From NCBI GenBank assembly GCA_965218695.1, contig OZ244651.1, positions 2,112,001 to 2,176,000 of the forward strand: 64,000 nt of DNA, given 5' to 3'. Source of the stretch: Nitrosopumilus sp. (lineage in GTDB: Archaea > Thermoproteota > Nitrososphaeria > Nitrososphaerales > Nitrosopumilaceae). This document shows, piece after piece, positions 10,896 to 20,328 of the stretch; position 1 is the first letter of the stretch, and each line of letters begins with the position of its first letter. A model generated the notes under the pieces. That model was not told the origin of the DNA. It searched no databases and saw only the letters and a list, made by a program, of their open reading frames with translations. Position numbers and translations under genes: made by a program.

Positions 10896-11825
10896 ATGAA
10901 CGAGTTTTACGGGAAGGACATAATCTCAATCAAGGACTTTACCCGGGAGAAGCTTGAAGAGATCTTTGGCGCAACCGACCGACTGATGGAACTTGACCCG
11001 TCAGTCCGGAGCGAGATCTGCAGGGGCAAGACGCTTGGATACCTCTTTTATGAGCCCAGCACCAGAACCCGGCTGAGCTTTGAGGCGGCAATGGCATCGG
11101 TGGGCGGAAGCTCCATTGGAATATCTGATGCCTCCTCATCATCAATCCAGAAGGGCGAGAGTCTCTCTGATACAGTGCGGGTCACGTCGATCTATTCAGA
11201 CGTGCTGGTACTGCGGCACACCCTGGACGGCTCAAGCAGGTTTGCAGCCGAGATCTCCGAAAAGCCGGTAATCAACGCAGGCAGCGGAACCGAGGAACAT
11301 CCCACCCAGGCAATCCAGGATCTCTTTACGATTAAGAAGGAAAAGAGAAAGATCGACGGCCTCAGGATTGGGATAGCAGGCGATCTAAAGTACGGAAGGA
11401 CCGTATACTCCCTGCTGTACGGATTGAGAAACTATGATGTCGACGTGCACCTCTTCTCCCCGGAGTCCCTCAGGATACGGACCGACTCAGTCTATGAGAT
11501 TAAAAAGAAGATGGATTTTACCGAGTCCAACGACATCGAGGATCACATTGACGAGCTTGACGTCCTTTACGTGACAAGAATCCAGAAGGAGAGGTTTCCC
11601 GACGAGGAGGAGTACCGCAAGGTAAAGGGAAGCTACACGGTGGGACTTGACACTCTCAGGCAGATGAAGGATGATGCAGTCATAATGCACCCCCTTCCCC
11701 GAATCGATGAGATCTCCCCTGAGATTGATGCGACCAAAAACGCCAGATACTTTGAACAGGCCGAATACGGCATGCACATCCGCTCTGCCCTGCTGGGGCT
11801 GATCCTGAATCCGGACGGCTTCTGA
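10896..11825 (+). CDS. pyrB: Aspartate carbamoyltransferase catalytic chain
   Basis: FYEPSTRTRLSFE, HPTQA, GDLKYGRTV, YVTRIQKERF, MHPLPR. Confidence 0.98.
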   Translation: MNEFYGKDIISIKDFTREKLEEIFGATDRLMELDPSVRSEICRGKTLGYLFYEPSTRTRLSFEAAMASVGGSSIGISDASSSSIQKGESLSDTVRVTSIYSDVLVLRHTLDGSSRFAAEISEKPVINAGSGTEEHPTQAIQDLFTIKKEKRKIDGLRIGIAGDLKYGRTVYSLLYGLRNYDVDVHLFSPESLRIRTDSVYEIKKKMDFTESNDIEDHIDELDVLYVTRIQKERFPDEEEYRKVKGSYTVGLDTLRQMKDDAVIMHPLPRIDEISPEIDATKNARYFEQAEYGMHIRSALLGLILNPDGF

Positions 11826-11909
11826 TTCGGCATCAATAGACCTTATGGCGGGTGGGATTAACATGCGTACATAAGATCTAATATATCCTGATGCGTGCCA
11901 GTATGACTG

Positions 11910-12599
11910 TTGACAAAGACCATACCGATATTCCCGCTGGATCTGGTGCTGTTTCCAAGACAGAACCTTCCACTGCGCATATTCGAGCCCCGCTACAGGC
12001 AGCTGGTTGATGACTGCATGCTCGGGGACGGACAGTTTGGCGTATGCCTGACAGACAACACCCGTACCGTCAGTGGATGGGAATCTCCAAGATCCGTCGG
12101 AACCGTTGCCAAGATCACCGAATGCAAGGATGTCGGGCTTGACGGGGCACAGCTTCACATTGAGACTGTCGGCAGGAACCCGTTTAGGATCAGAAGAATA
12201 ATTCCTCCGTCGCTTCCCCGGCCTGCAGACTATGATCCGCAATCCCCAGAAGGAGTCTCAGGTATGCGCACGGATACAACCGACACCCCGTACATACGTG
12301 CAGAGGTGGAGATGATACCTGAGATCGACCAGGATATAACCCTGGGCAGATGGAACAGAATGGTTGATCTGTGGAAGCGCAAGGTTGCCGCAGAGGCACT
12401 GCCGCAAATAATCGAACCCCGCGCACTTGACCACCTTCTGAAGCAGTATTATCTTGTAACTGAGACCCCCACCATGGACTACGTCTATTCGCTGGCAGCC
12501 CTTGGCGCAGGGAGTCCGGACGAACTTCAGCCGATCCTGGAGGCTGCATCCGTAGACGATCTGATCGACAGGATCGAGGATCTGCTGACAATAAAATAG
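11910..12599 (+). CDS. Stand-alone Lon N-terminal substrate-binding-domain protein
   Basis: IPIFPL..VLFP..LPLRIFEPRYRQLVDDC; no AAA+ or protease domain. Confidence 0.85.
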   Translation: MTKTIPIFPLDLVLFPRQNLPLRIFEPRYRQLVDDCMLGDGQFGVCLTDNTRTVSGWESPRSVGTVAKITECKDVGLDGAQLHIETVGRNPFRIRRIIPPSLPRPADYDPQSPEGVSGMRTDTTDTPYIRAEVEMIPEIDQDITLGRWNRMVDLWKRKVAAEALPQIIEPRALDHLLKQYYLVTETPTMDYVYSLAALGAGSPDELQPILEAASVDDLIDRIEDLLTIK

Positions 12600-12601
12600 A
12601 T

Positions 12602-13993
12602 GTGATGGAGATGATGATGCCGCTACCGCTACCGCTGTTCAAATCATGTGTTGTTCTGGCAGCAGCCTGCATGGTTCTTGTTCCGGCAGGCGCATACGGA
12701 CACGGGCTGGACCTGGACCACATCCGCTCAATAGACGTGCAGGGAACGGACATAACCGTGTCAGTTGCAATGTCCCCCAATATCGGGCCAAGCGATGAGA
12801 GGCGACTCACACTTACGGCAACTGAGGATGACACAAGGGACAATGCCAGTAACGTAACCTTTCTGATCGGCATGTTTGACGGGGGCAAGATGCTGCTCAG
12901 GGACTACTTCTTTGCCCCTGACGGAGTCCTGCACATTGACATCGCACCCTCACAGGGCGAGCTTGAGATTCATGGGGAGCAGGATGATATTCTCAGGGCG
13001 TGGCACGGAACCGAATCAAACCCTGTCCTGATAACCGGTCCGATATTTGACTCGGGAGGCCTGTACACCTTTGAGATTGAACTGAGGACCATAGACGAGC
13101 CCACCAACATAATAGACGACTCCCAGACACACAATGCCGATCTGAGTATCGTGGACACGGCACTGCATGTGGTAGCCGATGCGCAGGGGAACGATGTTGA
13201 GTTTGGGACAAAGTCGTACTTTGATAGTGTGTCTGAATTCGGATACGATCCACAGACTGGCCAGGTCACCGTCAAGATGCCCTTTGACTGGAGTGAGAGC
13301 GTAATGTCGCACATTCCGGTCCTTCACGTGGAGGTCTCCTTTCCGGACGACTTTGAGGAGTTTGTCTCCCCAAGCTATACCGGAGTCGCAAACGGGATAG
13401 ATCTCTTCAAGGCATCAGTAATAATCGACGACTATACGGCAGACGATTCAAGGATAGTCCACCTAGTTTTGTTGCAGGATCATCTGAGGTTCCTAAAGAA
13501 CAATATGAAAAAGTCCGGCGAGCCGCTGCCTGACGCCATTACCTTTACCATTTCCTCCAACCAGAACCTGGCATTTCCACTTAGTGCCTACACCAAGAGC
13601 GAGGACTTTCTGGTGAACCTTTCATGGGAGCCGATAGAACCCGAGCCTGACGTCGCAACAACATTCGTCTTTACCATCCGGGAGAGTGCAACCGGCGAGC
13701 CGCTGAGAAATTCAGAGTACACCTTTGTGGTGGTTCAGAACGGCCAGGAGATACACCGGACATCCGGACTGGCCCAGATTGGCGGCCACTTTGAAAAGTT
13801 TACCTTCGGGGAGGGACAGACCGGCCCCACAATCATAAGATTTGAGAACATCCGGAATACGGGACAGGAGACCGAGTTTGGAATGGTGGTGGTTCCTGAG
13901 TTTGGCCCGGCCATCCTGCTTGTGCTGGCAGTCTCCATTGCAGGAGTTATCGTCGCATCCCGAAGGATTGGTTACGTTGCAGTGACCGGCTGA
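12602..13993 (+). CDS. Secreted PEFG-CTERM protein (paralog of 27809 and 31307); start uncertain
   Basis: Signal peptide ending AYG-HG; MPFDWS..VLHVEV block; C-terminal VPEFG + TM + basic tail. Confidence 0.8.
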   Translation: MMEMMMPLPLPLFKSCVVLAAACMVLVPAGAYGHGLDLDHIRSIDVQGTDITVSVAMSPNIGPSDERRLTLTATEDDTRDNASNVTFLIGMFDGGKMLLRDYFFAPDGVLHIDIAPSQGELEIHGEQDDILRAWHGTESNPVLITGPIFDSGGLYTFEIELRTIDEPTNIIDDSQTHNADLSIVDTALHVVADAQGNDVEFGTKSYFDSVSEFGYDPQTGQVTVKMPFDWSESVMSHIPVLHVEVSFPDDFEEFVSPSYTGVANGIDLFKASVIIDDYTADDSRIVHLVLLQDHLRFLKNNMKKSGEPLPDAITFTISSNQNLAFPLSAYTKSEDFLVNLSWEPIEPEPDVATTFVFTIRESATGEPLRNSEYTFVVVQNGQEIHRTSGLAQIGGHFEKFTFGEGQTGPTIIRFENIRNTGQETEFGMVVVPEFGPAILLVLAVSIAGVIVASRRIGYVAVTG

Positions 13994-14014
13994 TTATGCC
14001 ATCATCCTGCTGCA

Positions 14015-16825
14015 TCACGTGGGTTCATCTGCTGATGGGGCAGTCTCGGACTCTTGCTCGATCATGCCGTTGATCCTTCTCTTGTCGTGAACGGATTTTA
14101 CGTAGAACAGGGCAGACGCAATGATTCCTGCTGCTATTAGCGGCGAGGCGATCTCAGAGTATGCCAGGCTCGAATCTCCTGATGATGCCGCCTGCTCTGC
14201 TACCACCGGAACCTCCGTGATCTTTACGGTTCCAAGCTTGTTTGATTCCTGCTCTGCAAACCAGATGTTGGAATCCCCGTCTGCTGTCATAAACTGGATC
14301 CACGATGTCTCGCTGGGAATCGGAACCTCCAGAAGATCGTTGTTGTCAGGATCAAATACTGCTATCTTGTCAACCGTATGCAGCGCAAACCAGATGTTGT
14401 CGTATCGGTCCTGGGCCATTCCAAAGGGAAGTGACTCCGAGTCTGGAACGGGAACGCTCTCAAAGGTCTCCAGGACGGGGTCGAACCTGGTGATTGCAAG
14501 ACCCGTATGCTCTGTGATCCACAGGTTTCCCTCCCCGTCAAAGAGCATGGCCTCCGGACCCTTCAGAATACTGTCAGTTGGTATCTCTACTGCTCTGCCT
14601 GTTGCAGGATCCACGTATCCTATCTTGCCGGTGCCGGTGGTGCTGTACCACACCCTGCCTGACTGGTCCACTGCAAGCGCAAACGGCAGCGTCTCCCTTC
14701 CATCCAACACAATCTCCTCAAACACGCCGGACTCTGGCAGATACTTTACGATTCTGTCCTTGTTGATTACGGTCACCCAGATGTTGTCGTCCTGGTCTGA
14801 CTGGATGGAAAATAACACGTTCCTTGATATTGTGGGATCCAGGTGCGGAACCGATATCGTCGTGATGTTTCCGGTGCTGATATCGAGGTATCCTATCTGG
14901 TTTCCAGGACCGTCTGTAAACCAGACTCTTCCCATGTTGTCCAGTGTGATGAATATTGTGGCACCCCCCTCATACGAATGCGACGAGAACTCCTGCGTCT
15001 CCAGAGAAAACTGCCACAGCCGGGGGGCAGACGGATCGCTTATCCATATGGAACCCTGACCGTCATAGATTGGCTGCAGGGGCGTTGCTGCCTCGGGAAG
15101 ATCGTACTCGACTATCTCGACTCGGATGTCTGAGAGCCTGGGCTTTACAGACAGATCCAGTATGACTGACTCGCTTGCATTCTCCGTTCTCTGGGCGGTA
15201 ACCTCCATGAGCCACTCCCCGGAGAACCCCAGAGTCATCTCGCCCTGAAATCCGGTATCTCCTGTCTGCTCCATCGGAACCTCGATGGGGAAGATGTTTC
15301 TTGACGGGTTTGATATTTTTACCTTGATGCCGTCCAGATCGTCCAGCGGATTCCCGTCAAGATCCACTATGCTGACTGAGACCGTGTTTGTCCCGCTGGC
15401 GAATGGAAACATCTCAACTTCAAATCTTGCATTCTCCGTAAACTCTATGGTCTCATACCCGTAAATCGTCTGGCGTGCCTCCGTCCTCTGAATCTCCCCT
15501 GCAGGCAGCGTCCCGTTGGTCAACAGTGCCACTATTCCCAAAATGGCAAATCCCAGCACAATGTCTGTCTTGAGCATCTTTTTGATCTTCCTGTGTACTG
15601 TTGCTCTTCCTCCTCCGGACAGGATACTCCTCTCGGCTCCCCTCTGCACCTTGAACTGCATGTATCCTCCCATGCCTACCATGATTCCGGCAAGTACTAT
15701 CTTTAGGATGATCAGCTGCCCAAAGACGGATTCTGTAATCAACCCCACGTCGCTTTCGATGAGCCACATCAGAACCGGTCCGGTGACGATTACCACGCCG
15801 ACTGAGACGACAAACATCATTGAGAATCTTGGAATCATGGCCAGGCTCATGTGCTCCCGCTCCCTGTCTGCCAACTTGGATAATGCCGGAAGCAGGGTAA
15901 AGACGAGATAGAATATGCCTCCTATCCAGACTGCTGCCACCAGGTTGTGTACATAGTCCAGCGAAAGGCCGGCAATGCCGCCCAGAGACGAGCCGTGGCC
16001 TATCATGCTGGTAGTCGCAATCAGCGCCAGGGACGCTGCAAGAATTGGAACGTGTGCCCTTCCTGACAGCGTGGTTCTCCTGTTCATGGCAAACCATATG
16101 CCCAGAAGAATCACAGTCATGATCATTCTGGCAAGCCAGATGGTTCCGAAACTTGTCCCAATGACACTCAGCGGCGAGGCATCCAGCCTGACTGACTGGA
16201 CTATGATGATTAGAATGTCTGATATCAATACAAGTACAAGCCCCACCCCGGTGGTCAGCATGAACCTTCCGTGGTGAATCCCCTCCACTGCGCCCAGTCT
16301 GTCCCTGATTATTCTCTTGTTCTGCGTTCCCCATACCATGAGGGATGCGACTGTAGCACCCAGCACGATGGTCTGGCCTATGAGGCCTGGAAACTTGGCA
16401 GCAGCTCCTGCCACAAACACAATCTCTTCTGGTCCCTGTTGCTCCCGCAGCGAGGGGTCGACTATGACATCACCCACGGCAAACAGGAACGTGCCGGGCA
16501 CCAGATGTCCATCAATCTTGGATAGCACCTTGGTTGATGCAGTATAAATCCCGTCCTGAAGCGGCGGGGTAGTTACAATGAGTGACTCCTCGCCCTCGTA
16601 ATATTTCGTATCCCTGTTGTCGATCTGCTCCCCGTTGCCGTCAAAGACCTTTATCTCGCTAAAGTCAATATCCACCGCCTGCGAGAAGAGGACGATCACC
16701 TCCGTGGTGCCTACAGGCGCATTTGAGGACAGATCCGGAGTTGTCTGCTCTGTAAATGGGTGTCCCCATGCCATGGGAACCGACATTGAGAGGAGTACCA
16801 GCATGACAATCAGAGGCCGTTGCAT
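14015..16825 (-). CDS. CopC-CopD copper uptake/resistance fusion with C-terminal Vgb-like beta-propeller and TM anchor
   Basis: Signal + HPF..., KVLSKIDGH (CopC); GHG..HNLVAAVWIGGI, TG (CopD); repeated D..G.VWFT/IW propeller blades. Confidence 0.88.
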   Translation of the reverse strand: MQRPLIVMLVLLSMSVPMAWGHPFTEQTTPDLSSNAPVGTTEVIVLFSQAVDIDFSEIKVFDGNGEQIDNRDTKYYEGEESLIVTTPPLQDGIYTASTKVLSKIDGHLVPGTFLFAVGDVIVDPSLREQQGPEEIVFVAGAAAKFPGLIGQTIVLGATVASLMVWGTQNKRIIRDRLGAVEGIHHGRFMLTTGVGLVLVLISDILIIIVQSVRLDASPLSVIGTSFGTIWLARMIMTVILLGIWFAMNRRTTLSGRAHVPILAASLALIATTSMIGHGSSLGGIAGLSLDYVHNLVAAVWIGGIFYLVFTLLPALSKLADREREHMSLAMIPRFSMMFVVSVGVVIVTGPVLMWLIESDVGLITESVFGQLIILKIVLAGIMVGMGGYMQFKVQRGAERSILSGGGRATVHRKIKKMLKTDIVLGFAILGIVALLTNGTLPAGEIQRTEARQTIYGYETIEFTENARFEVEMFPFASGTNTVSVSIVDLDGNPLDDLDGIKVKISNPSRNIFPIEVPMEQTGDTGFQGEMTLGFSGEWLMEVTAQRTENASESVILDLSVKPRLSDIRVEIVEYDLPEAATPLQPIYDGQGSIWISDPSAPRLWQFSLETQEFSSHSYEGGATIFITLDNMGRVWFTDGPGNQIGYLDISTGNITTISVPHLDPTISRNVLFSIQSDQDDNIWVTVINKDRIVKYLPESGVFEEIVLDGRETLPFALAVDQSGRVWYSTTGTGKIGYVDPATGRAVEIPTDSILKGPEAMLFDGEGNLWITEHTGLAITRFDPVLETFESVPVPDSESLPFGMAQDRYDNIWFALHTVDKIAVFDPDNNDLLEVPIPSETSWIQFMTADGDSNIWFAEQESNKLGTVKITEVPVVAEQAASSGDSSLAYSEIASPLIAAGIIASALFYVKSVHDKRRINGMIEQESETAPSADEPT

Positions 16826-16919
16826 TTGCTTTGTAGACTGTGACTGATAATTTAAACAGTATACTGGTTCTGGGAATGTACCAGTCCGCATAAGAATAAT
16901 AATATCGATCAATTAGACG

Positions 16920-17558
16920 ATGAACGTGAAGATACTGGTTCTGGGAATTGCTGCAATGTTCCTGATTGGGATGATGGGCACCGAGTCATATGCCCATACC
17001 ACCGTCCATGTTGGAGAGTATGAGATTGAGGCCGGATGGGGCATAGAGCCCCCAATCGTGGGAATCCGAAATGACATAGTCATAAAGGTGCTGGAACCCG
17101 GAGAGACCCCGGGCACGGTAAAGGGCGTCACCAACGTGTTTCGTGATGCCGGGGCGACAGTAACATTTGGAGGTGCATCCAAACCGCTTGACATCAGCTC
17201 TGACCCGCGACCAGGATACTACTTTTCACCCATAATCCCAACCAAGACCGGCGGCCCGTATTCGGTGTCGATTCAGGGTGAGATTAACGGAACCCCGATC
17301 GATGTCAAGATTCCAATCGAGGACATGGAGCCTACCGGAATTCTGGATTTTCCTCCAACCAGCGGTGGGGACTCTGTGGATGTCAGTGCCATGAAGAATG
17401 CAATCTCGTCAATACAGCAGGATATCTCTGATCTGAAATCCGGCCAGACCGACATTCCCTCAGATGGCGGGGCGGCATACGACTATGCAGTGTTTGGAAT
17501 GTCAATTGCGGTGGCAGCCATTGTGTTGGCAATTGTTGCCATGATAAAAAGAAAATAA
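16920..17558 (+). CDS. Secreted, C-terminally anchored protein with predicted N-terminal His
   Basis: Signal ..SYA-HTTVH; C-terminal TM + KRK; divergent from copCD. Confidence 0.75.
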   Translation: MNVKILVLGIAAMFLIGMMGTESYAHTTVHVGEYEIEAGWGIEPPIVGIRNDIVIKVLEPGETPGTVKGVTNVFRDAGATVTFGGASKPLDISSDPRPGYYFSPIIPTKTGGPYSVSIQGEINGTPIDVKIPIEDMEPTGILDFPPTSGGDSVDVSAMKNAISSIQQDISDLKSGQTDIPSDGGAAYDYAVFGMSIAVAAIVLAIVAMIKRK

Positions 17559-17669
17559 GATATTTCCAAGTATTGGACTCTTGCAGTGGTTATGATGGTG
17601 CCTGTGATCATGACATCTATGCACTTGGCAATCCTTGTCATAATAAAAAGAAAATAAGAAAGAGAATTC

Positions 17670-18971
17670 CTAAAGTCTTGGAACCACTCTAGATTTTGCA
17701 GTCACAGCGACGATGCTTATGATCGCGACAGCCAGTACCATCATTGCAATGGTACCAAATTCTGGAATAACATTTGTGAAAGTTACCCCTTCACCTACTG
17801 GTCCTGTGAACTCTTCAGCGTCTGGGAGACCAAAACCATTGAAGGTAACCGTGATTTCTACCGGATCTGCAGATGACAGTGCTGCTGTCATGTGTGTGGC
17901 CTTGCCATCGTGTGTATGTGCACCCTCGTCATTCAGGACGATCTCGCCGTTCTGTGTTACTACTATGTCGTAGTTGACATGTTCCACGCCTCCGCTCATC
18001 ATCTTGTCGCCGTCCATCATTTTGTCTTCCATCATGGTTTCGTCCATCATTTCGTCCTTGTCTTCCATCATGGTTTCGTCCATCATTTCGTCCTTGTCTT
18101 CCATCATGGTTTCGTCCATCATTTCGTCCTTGTCTTCCATCATGGTTTCGTCCATCATTTCGTCCTTGTCTTCCATCATGGTTTCGTCCATCATTTCGTC
18201 CTTGTCTTCCATCATGGTTTCGTCCATCATTTCGTCCTTGTCTTCCATCATGGTTTCGTCCATCATTTCGTCCTTGTCTTCCATCATGGTTTCGTCCATC
18301 ATTTCGTCCTTGTCTTCCATCATGGTTTCGTCCATCATTTCGTCCTTGTCTTCCATCATGGTTTCGTCCATCATTTCGTCCTTGTCTTCCATCATCATGC
18401 TACCGTAGTTGGCAAACTTGATGAAGAGCTCCATCATCTCGCCTTCAGCTGGTGCATCGGCCCAGATTTTGACCACTGTACCGTCTGATAGCATGCCGTA
18501 GACACTTGGATCTTTCATATGCTCGCCGTCCATGCGTTCGTCGTCTTTCATCTTGTCATCGTCCATCGCGGCTTCTGCTTCCTGTACAATGATTGTACCA
18601 AACATCCATGGGTGTACATAGCAGAAGTGAGGAACCTCACCTACTTCTGTTGGTGTCCACTCAAATGATGCCCCTGGCAGTACCAGAGAGCTGTCAAATT
18701 GACCGCTTAGACCGTCATCTATGGTTCCAGCTGCAAACACATGTGCTACCACATCGGTGTTTGAGAATATTACCTTGCCACCAACATCAACTGTTGCAGT
18801 CAGTGGAGTGTAACATCCTTCATCGGTTTCTTCACATCCTGGAACGGAAGTGCCGTCTACTGGTGTTACTGTGACTTCTGCATGATCTGCAAAAGTAGCC
18901 GGTGGCATTGCAACCATTCCGACCACAAGAACAGAAAGTACGAAGAGAGAACTTATCGTTATAGTCTTCAT
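17670..18971 (-). CDS. Cupredoxin (blue copper) PEFG-CTERM protein with Met-rich repeat insert
   Basis: Signal peptide; type-1 Cu ligands AH..CYVHPWM; HVNYDI..HTHDG; IPEFG + TM. Confidence 0.88.
   Translation of the reverse strand: MKTITISSLFVLSVLVVGMVAMPPATFADHAEVTVTPVDGTSVPGCEETDEGCYTPLTATVDVGGKVIFSNTDVVAHVFAAGTIDDGLSGQFDSSLVLPGASFEWTPTEVGEVPHFCYVHPWMFGTIIVQEAEAAMDDDKMKDDERMDGEHMKDPSVYGMLSDGTVVKIWADAPAEGEMMELFIKFANYGSMMMEDKDEMMDETMMEDKDEMMDETMMEDKDEMMDETMMEDKDEMMDETMMEDKDEMMDETMMEDKDEMMDETMMEDKDEMMDETMMEDKDEMMDETMMEDKDEMMDETMMEDKDEMMDETMMEDKMMDGDKMMSGGVEHVNYDIVVTQNGEIVLNDEGAHTHDGKATHMTAALSSADPVEITVTFNGFGLPDAEEFTGPVGEGVTFTNVIPEFGTIAMMVLAVAIISIVAVTAKSRVVPRL
18022..18395. repeat. Perfect 36-bp coding tandem repeat, 10 full units + 14 bp (DEMMDETMMEDK)n
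   Basis: Unit TTGTCTTCCATCATGGTTTCGTCCATCATTTCGTCC repeated without mismatch. Confidence 0.97.
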
Positions 18972-19016
18972 TAGGATTCTTAAATAGAGCGGGACATAAA
19001 AACCTGACTAGAATTT

Positions 19017-20308
19017 CAGTCTTCCCAGAAGTACCTGAAAACAGCCCAAAATCAAAACAGATCAATTAGGGCAATCTCAGAAGGTCATCGAACTACCAAT
19101 GAACCAACTGAGACGCGACTTGCTTAACAACCCACGCATATATCAAGATGTTCTGGACACGGTAGGGGCAGGCATGTCCCCGTGCATCATGGTCTCACAC
19201 AGGCACAATGCCATCTACGGCACCGAGGATTTTCACAGAAGCATGGCAGGCGCATGTGCGCACGGCAGGCAGGTGGCCGGATGCACCAGGTCCTCCAAGA
19301 GAATCGGCGGTGCAGACGGGGACTCACGCCCAAGTGATGAGTGGATGCGCGATGCGGCATCCCGGACGCGTGGCAGCGACGTCTACAAATGCTTTGCCAA
19401 GACAGTCGTCCTGCAGCTTGACCAGATGCGCAAGATGAGACTGCTCAAGAAAGACCAGGAGATTGACTTGGCAATCGACATGCACCTGATACCCAGATAC
19501 GACAAGAGCTACGGGGCAGAACTGGTGCGCTCAAAGGCCAAGGACGGGACACACGTCTTTGAGAGGTACATCACGATACAGTCCACGGTTCAGAACCTTC
19601 GCCTCGTGTTAGGCGTCCTGAACATGCCGTCACTTGAGGATACTGCCGATTTCGTGCGTAAAATCATCGGCTCTGCACGGGACGTGGGGGCCTGCATCGG
19701 AATGGCGATGCTGGACAGGGAGTTCTTTACGGCAGACGTAATGGGGACGCTTGGGGACATGGGCATCAAATATCTGATACCATGCAAGAATACGGATACT
19801 GTGGTGGATGCCATCGCAGAGTTTGCTACAGGCAGGCGCGGCCGCGTCTCCAAATCCGTCATCGTCGGGGGAGATGGCAGGGAGGTGTCGTATACGATGA
19901 CCATCACAGAAAGGAAGAAGAGGAAGAAAAGAAAGGACGACGACGAGCTGCTGCCGCACGAGAAATACATCGGGTTTGCCACCAACGTCCCCGACGTGGA
20001 TCCGGACTCGTACGGGAACAGGTGGGGCATAGAGACTGGATACCGGATGATAGAAAACACAAGGGCCAAGACGCACAGCAAGAACCCGATGGCGCGACTT
20101 TTGTGCTTTGTGTACTCTGTAGCCGTCTTTAACGCTTGGGTAATGGCAAACGCAACGCTGATGCACGTTACCGGGATTTATCCCACGGATCCCCCGATCA
20201 CCCAACAGGATCTCAGGGACATGCTGCTGTTGCTGATCGTATTTGGCTACAAAGAGCCGCCGGAGCCCCCGCCGCCGGTGCTACCCTGAGCTACTTCTGG
20301 GAAGACTG
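19017..20308 (+). mobile_element. ISH3-family (IS4-like) element, copy 1, intact
   Basis: 17-bp TIR CAGTCTTCCCAGAAGTA; 5-bp TSD AATTT at 19012-19016 and 20309-20313. Confidence 0.92.
19099..20289 (+). CDS. ISH3/IS4-like DDE transposase
   Basis: AIDMH, MLDREFF, YGNRWGIETGYR (Y-2-R-3-E signature). Confidence 0.92.
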   Translation: MNQLRRDLLNNPRIYQDVLDTVGAGMSPCIMVSHRHNAIYGTEDFHRSMAGACAHGRQVAGCTRSSKRIGGADGDSRPSDEWMRDAASRTRGSDVYKCFAKTVVLQLDQMRKMRLLKKDQEIDLAIDMHLIPRYDKSYGAELVRSKAKDGTHVFERYITIQSTVQNLRLVLGVLNMPSLEDTADFVRKIIGSARDVGACIGMAMLDREFFTADVMGTLGDMGIKYLIPCKNTDTVVDAIAEFATGRRGRVSKSVIVGGDGREVSYTMTITERKKRKKRKDDDELLPHEKYIGFATNVPDVDPDSYGNRWGIETGYRMIENTRAKTHSKNPMARLLCFVYSVAVFNAWVMANATLMHVTGIYPTDPPITQQDLRDMLLLLIVFGYKEPPEPPPPVLP

Positions 20309-20328
20309 AATTTCAGTCTTCCCAGAAG

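Noticed and set aside
18022-18395. 36-bp repeats as a CRISPR array
   Set aside because: Units are contiguous with no spacers, in frame within a CDS, and there are no cas genes
17892-18488. His-rich plus-strand ORF (HHGFVHHFVLVF)n as a metal-binding protein
   Set aside because: Antisense shadow of the Met repeat in a well-formed minus-strand gene
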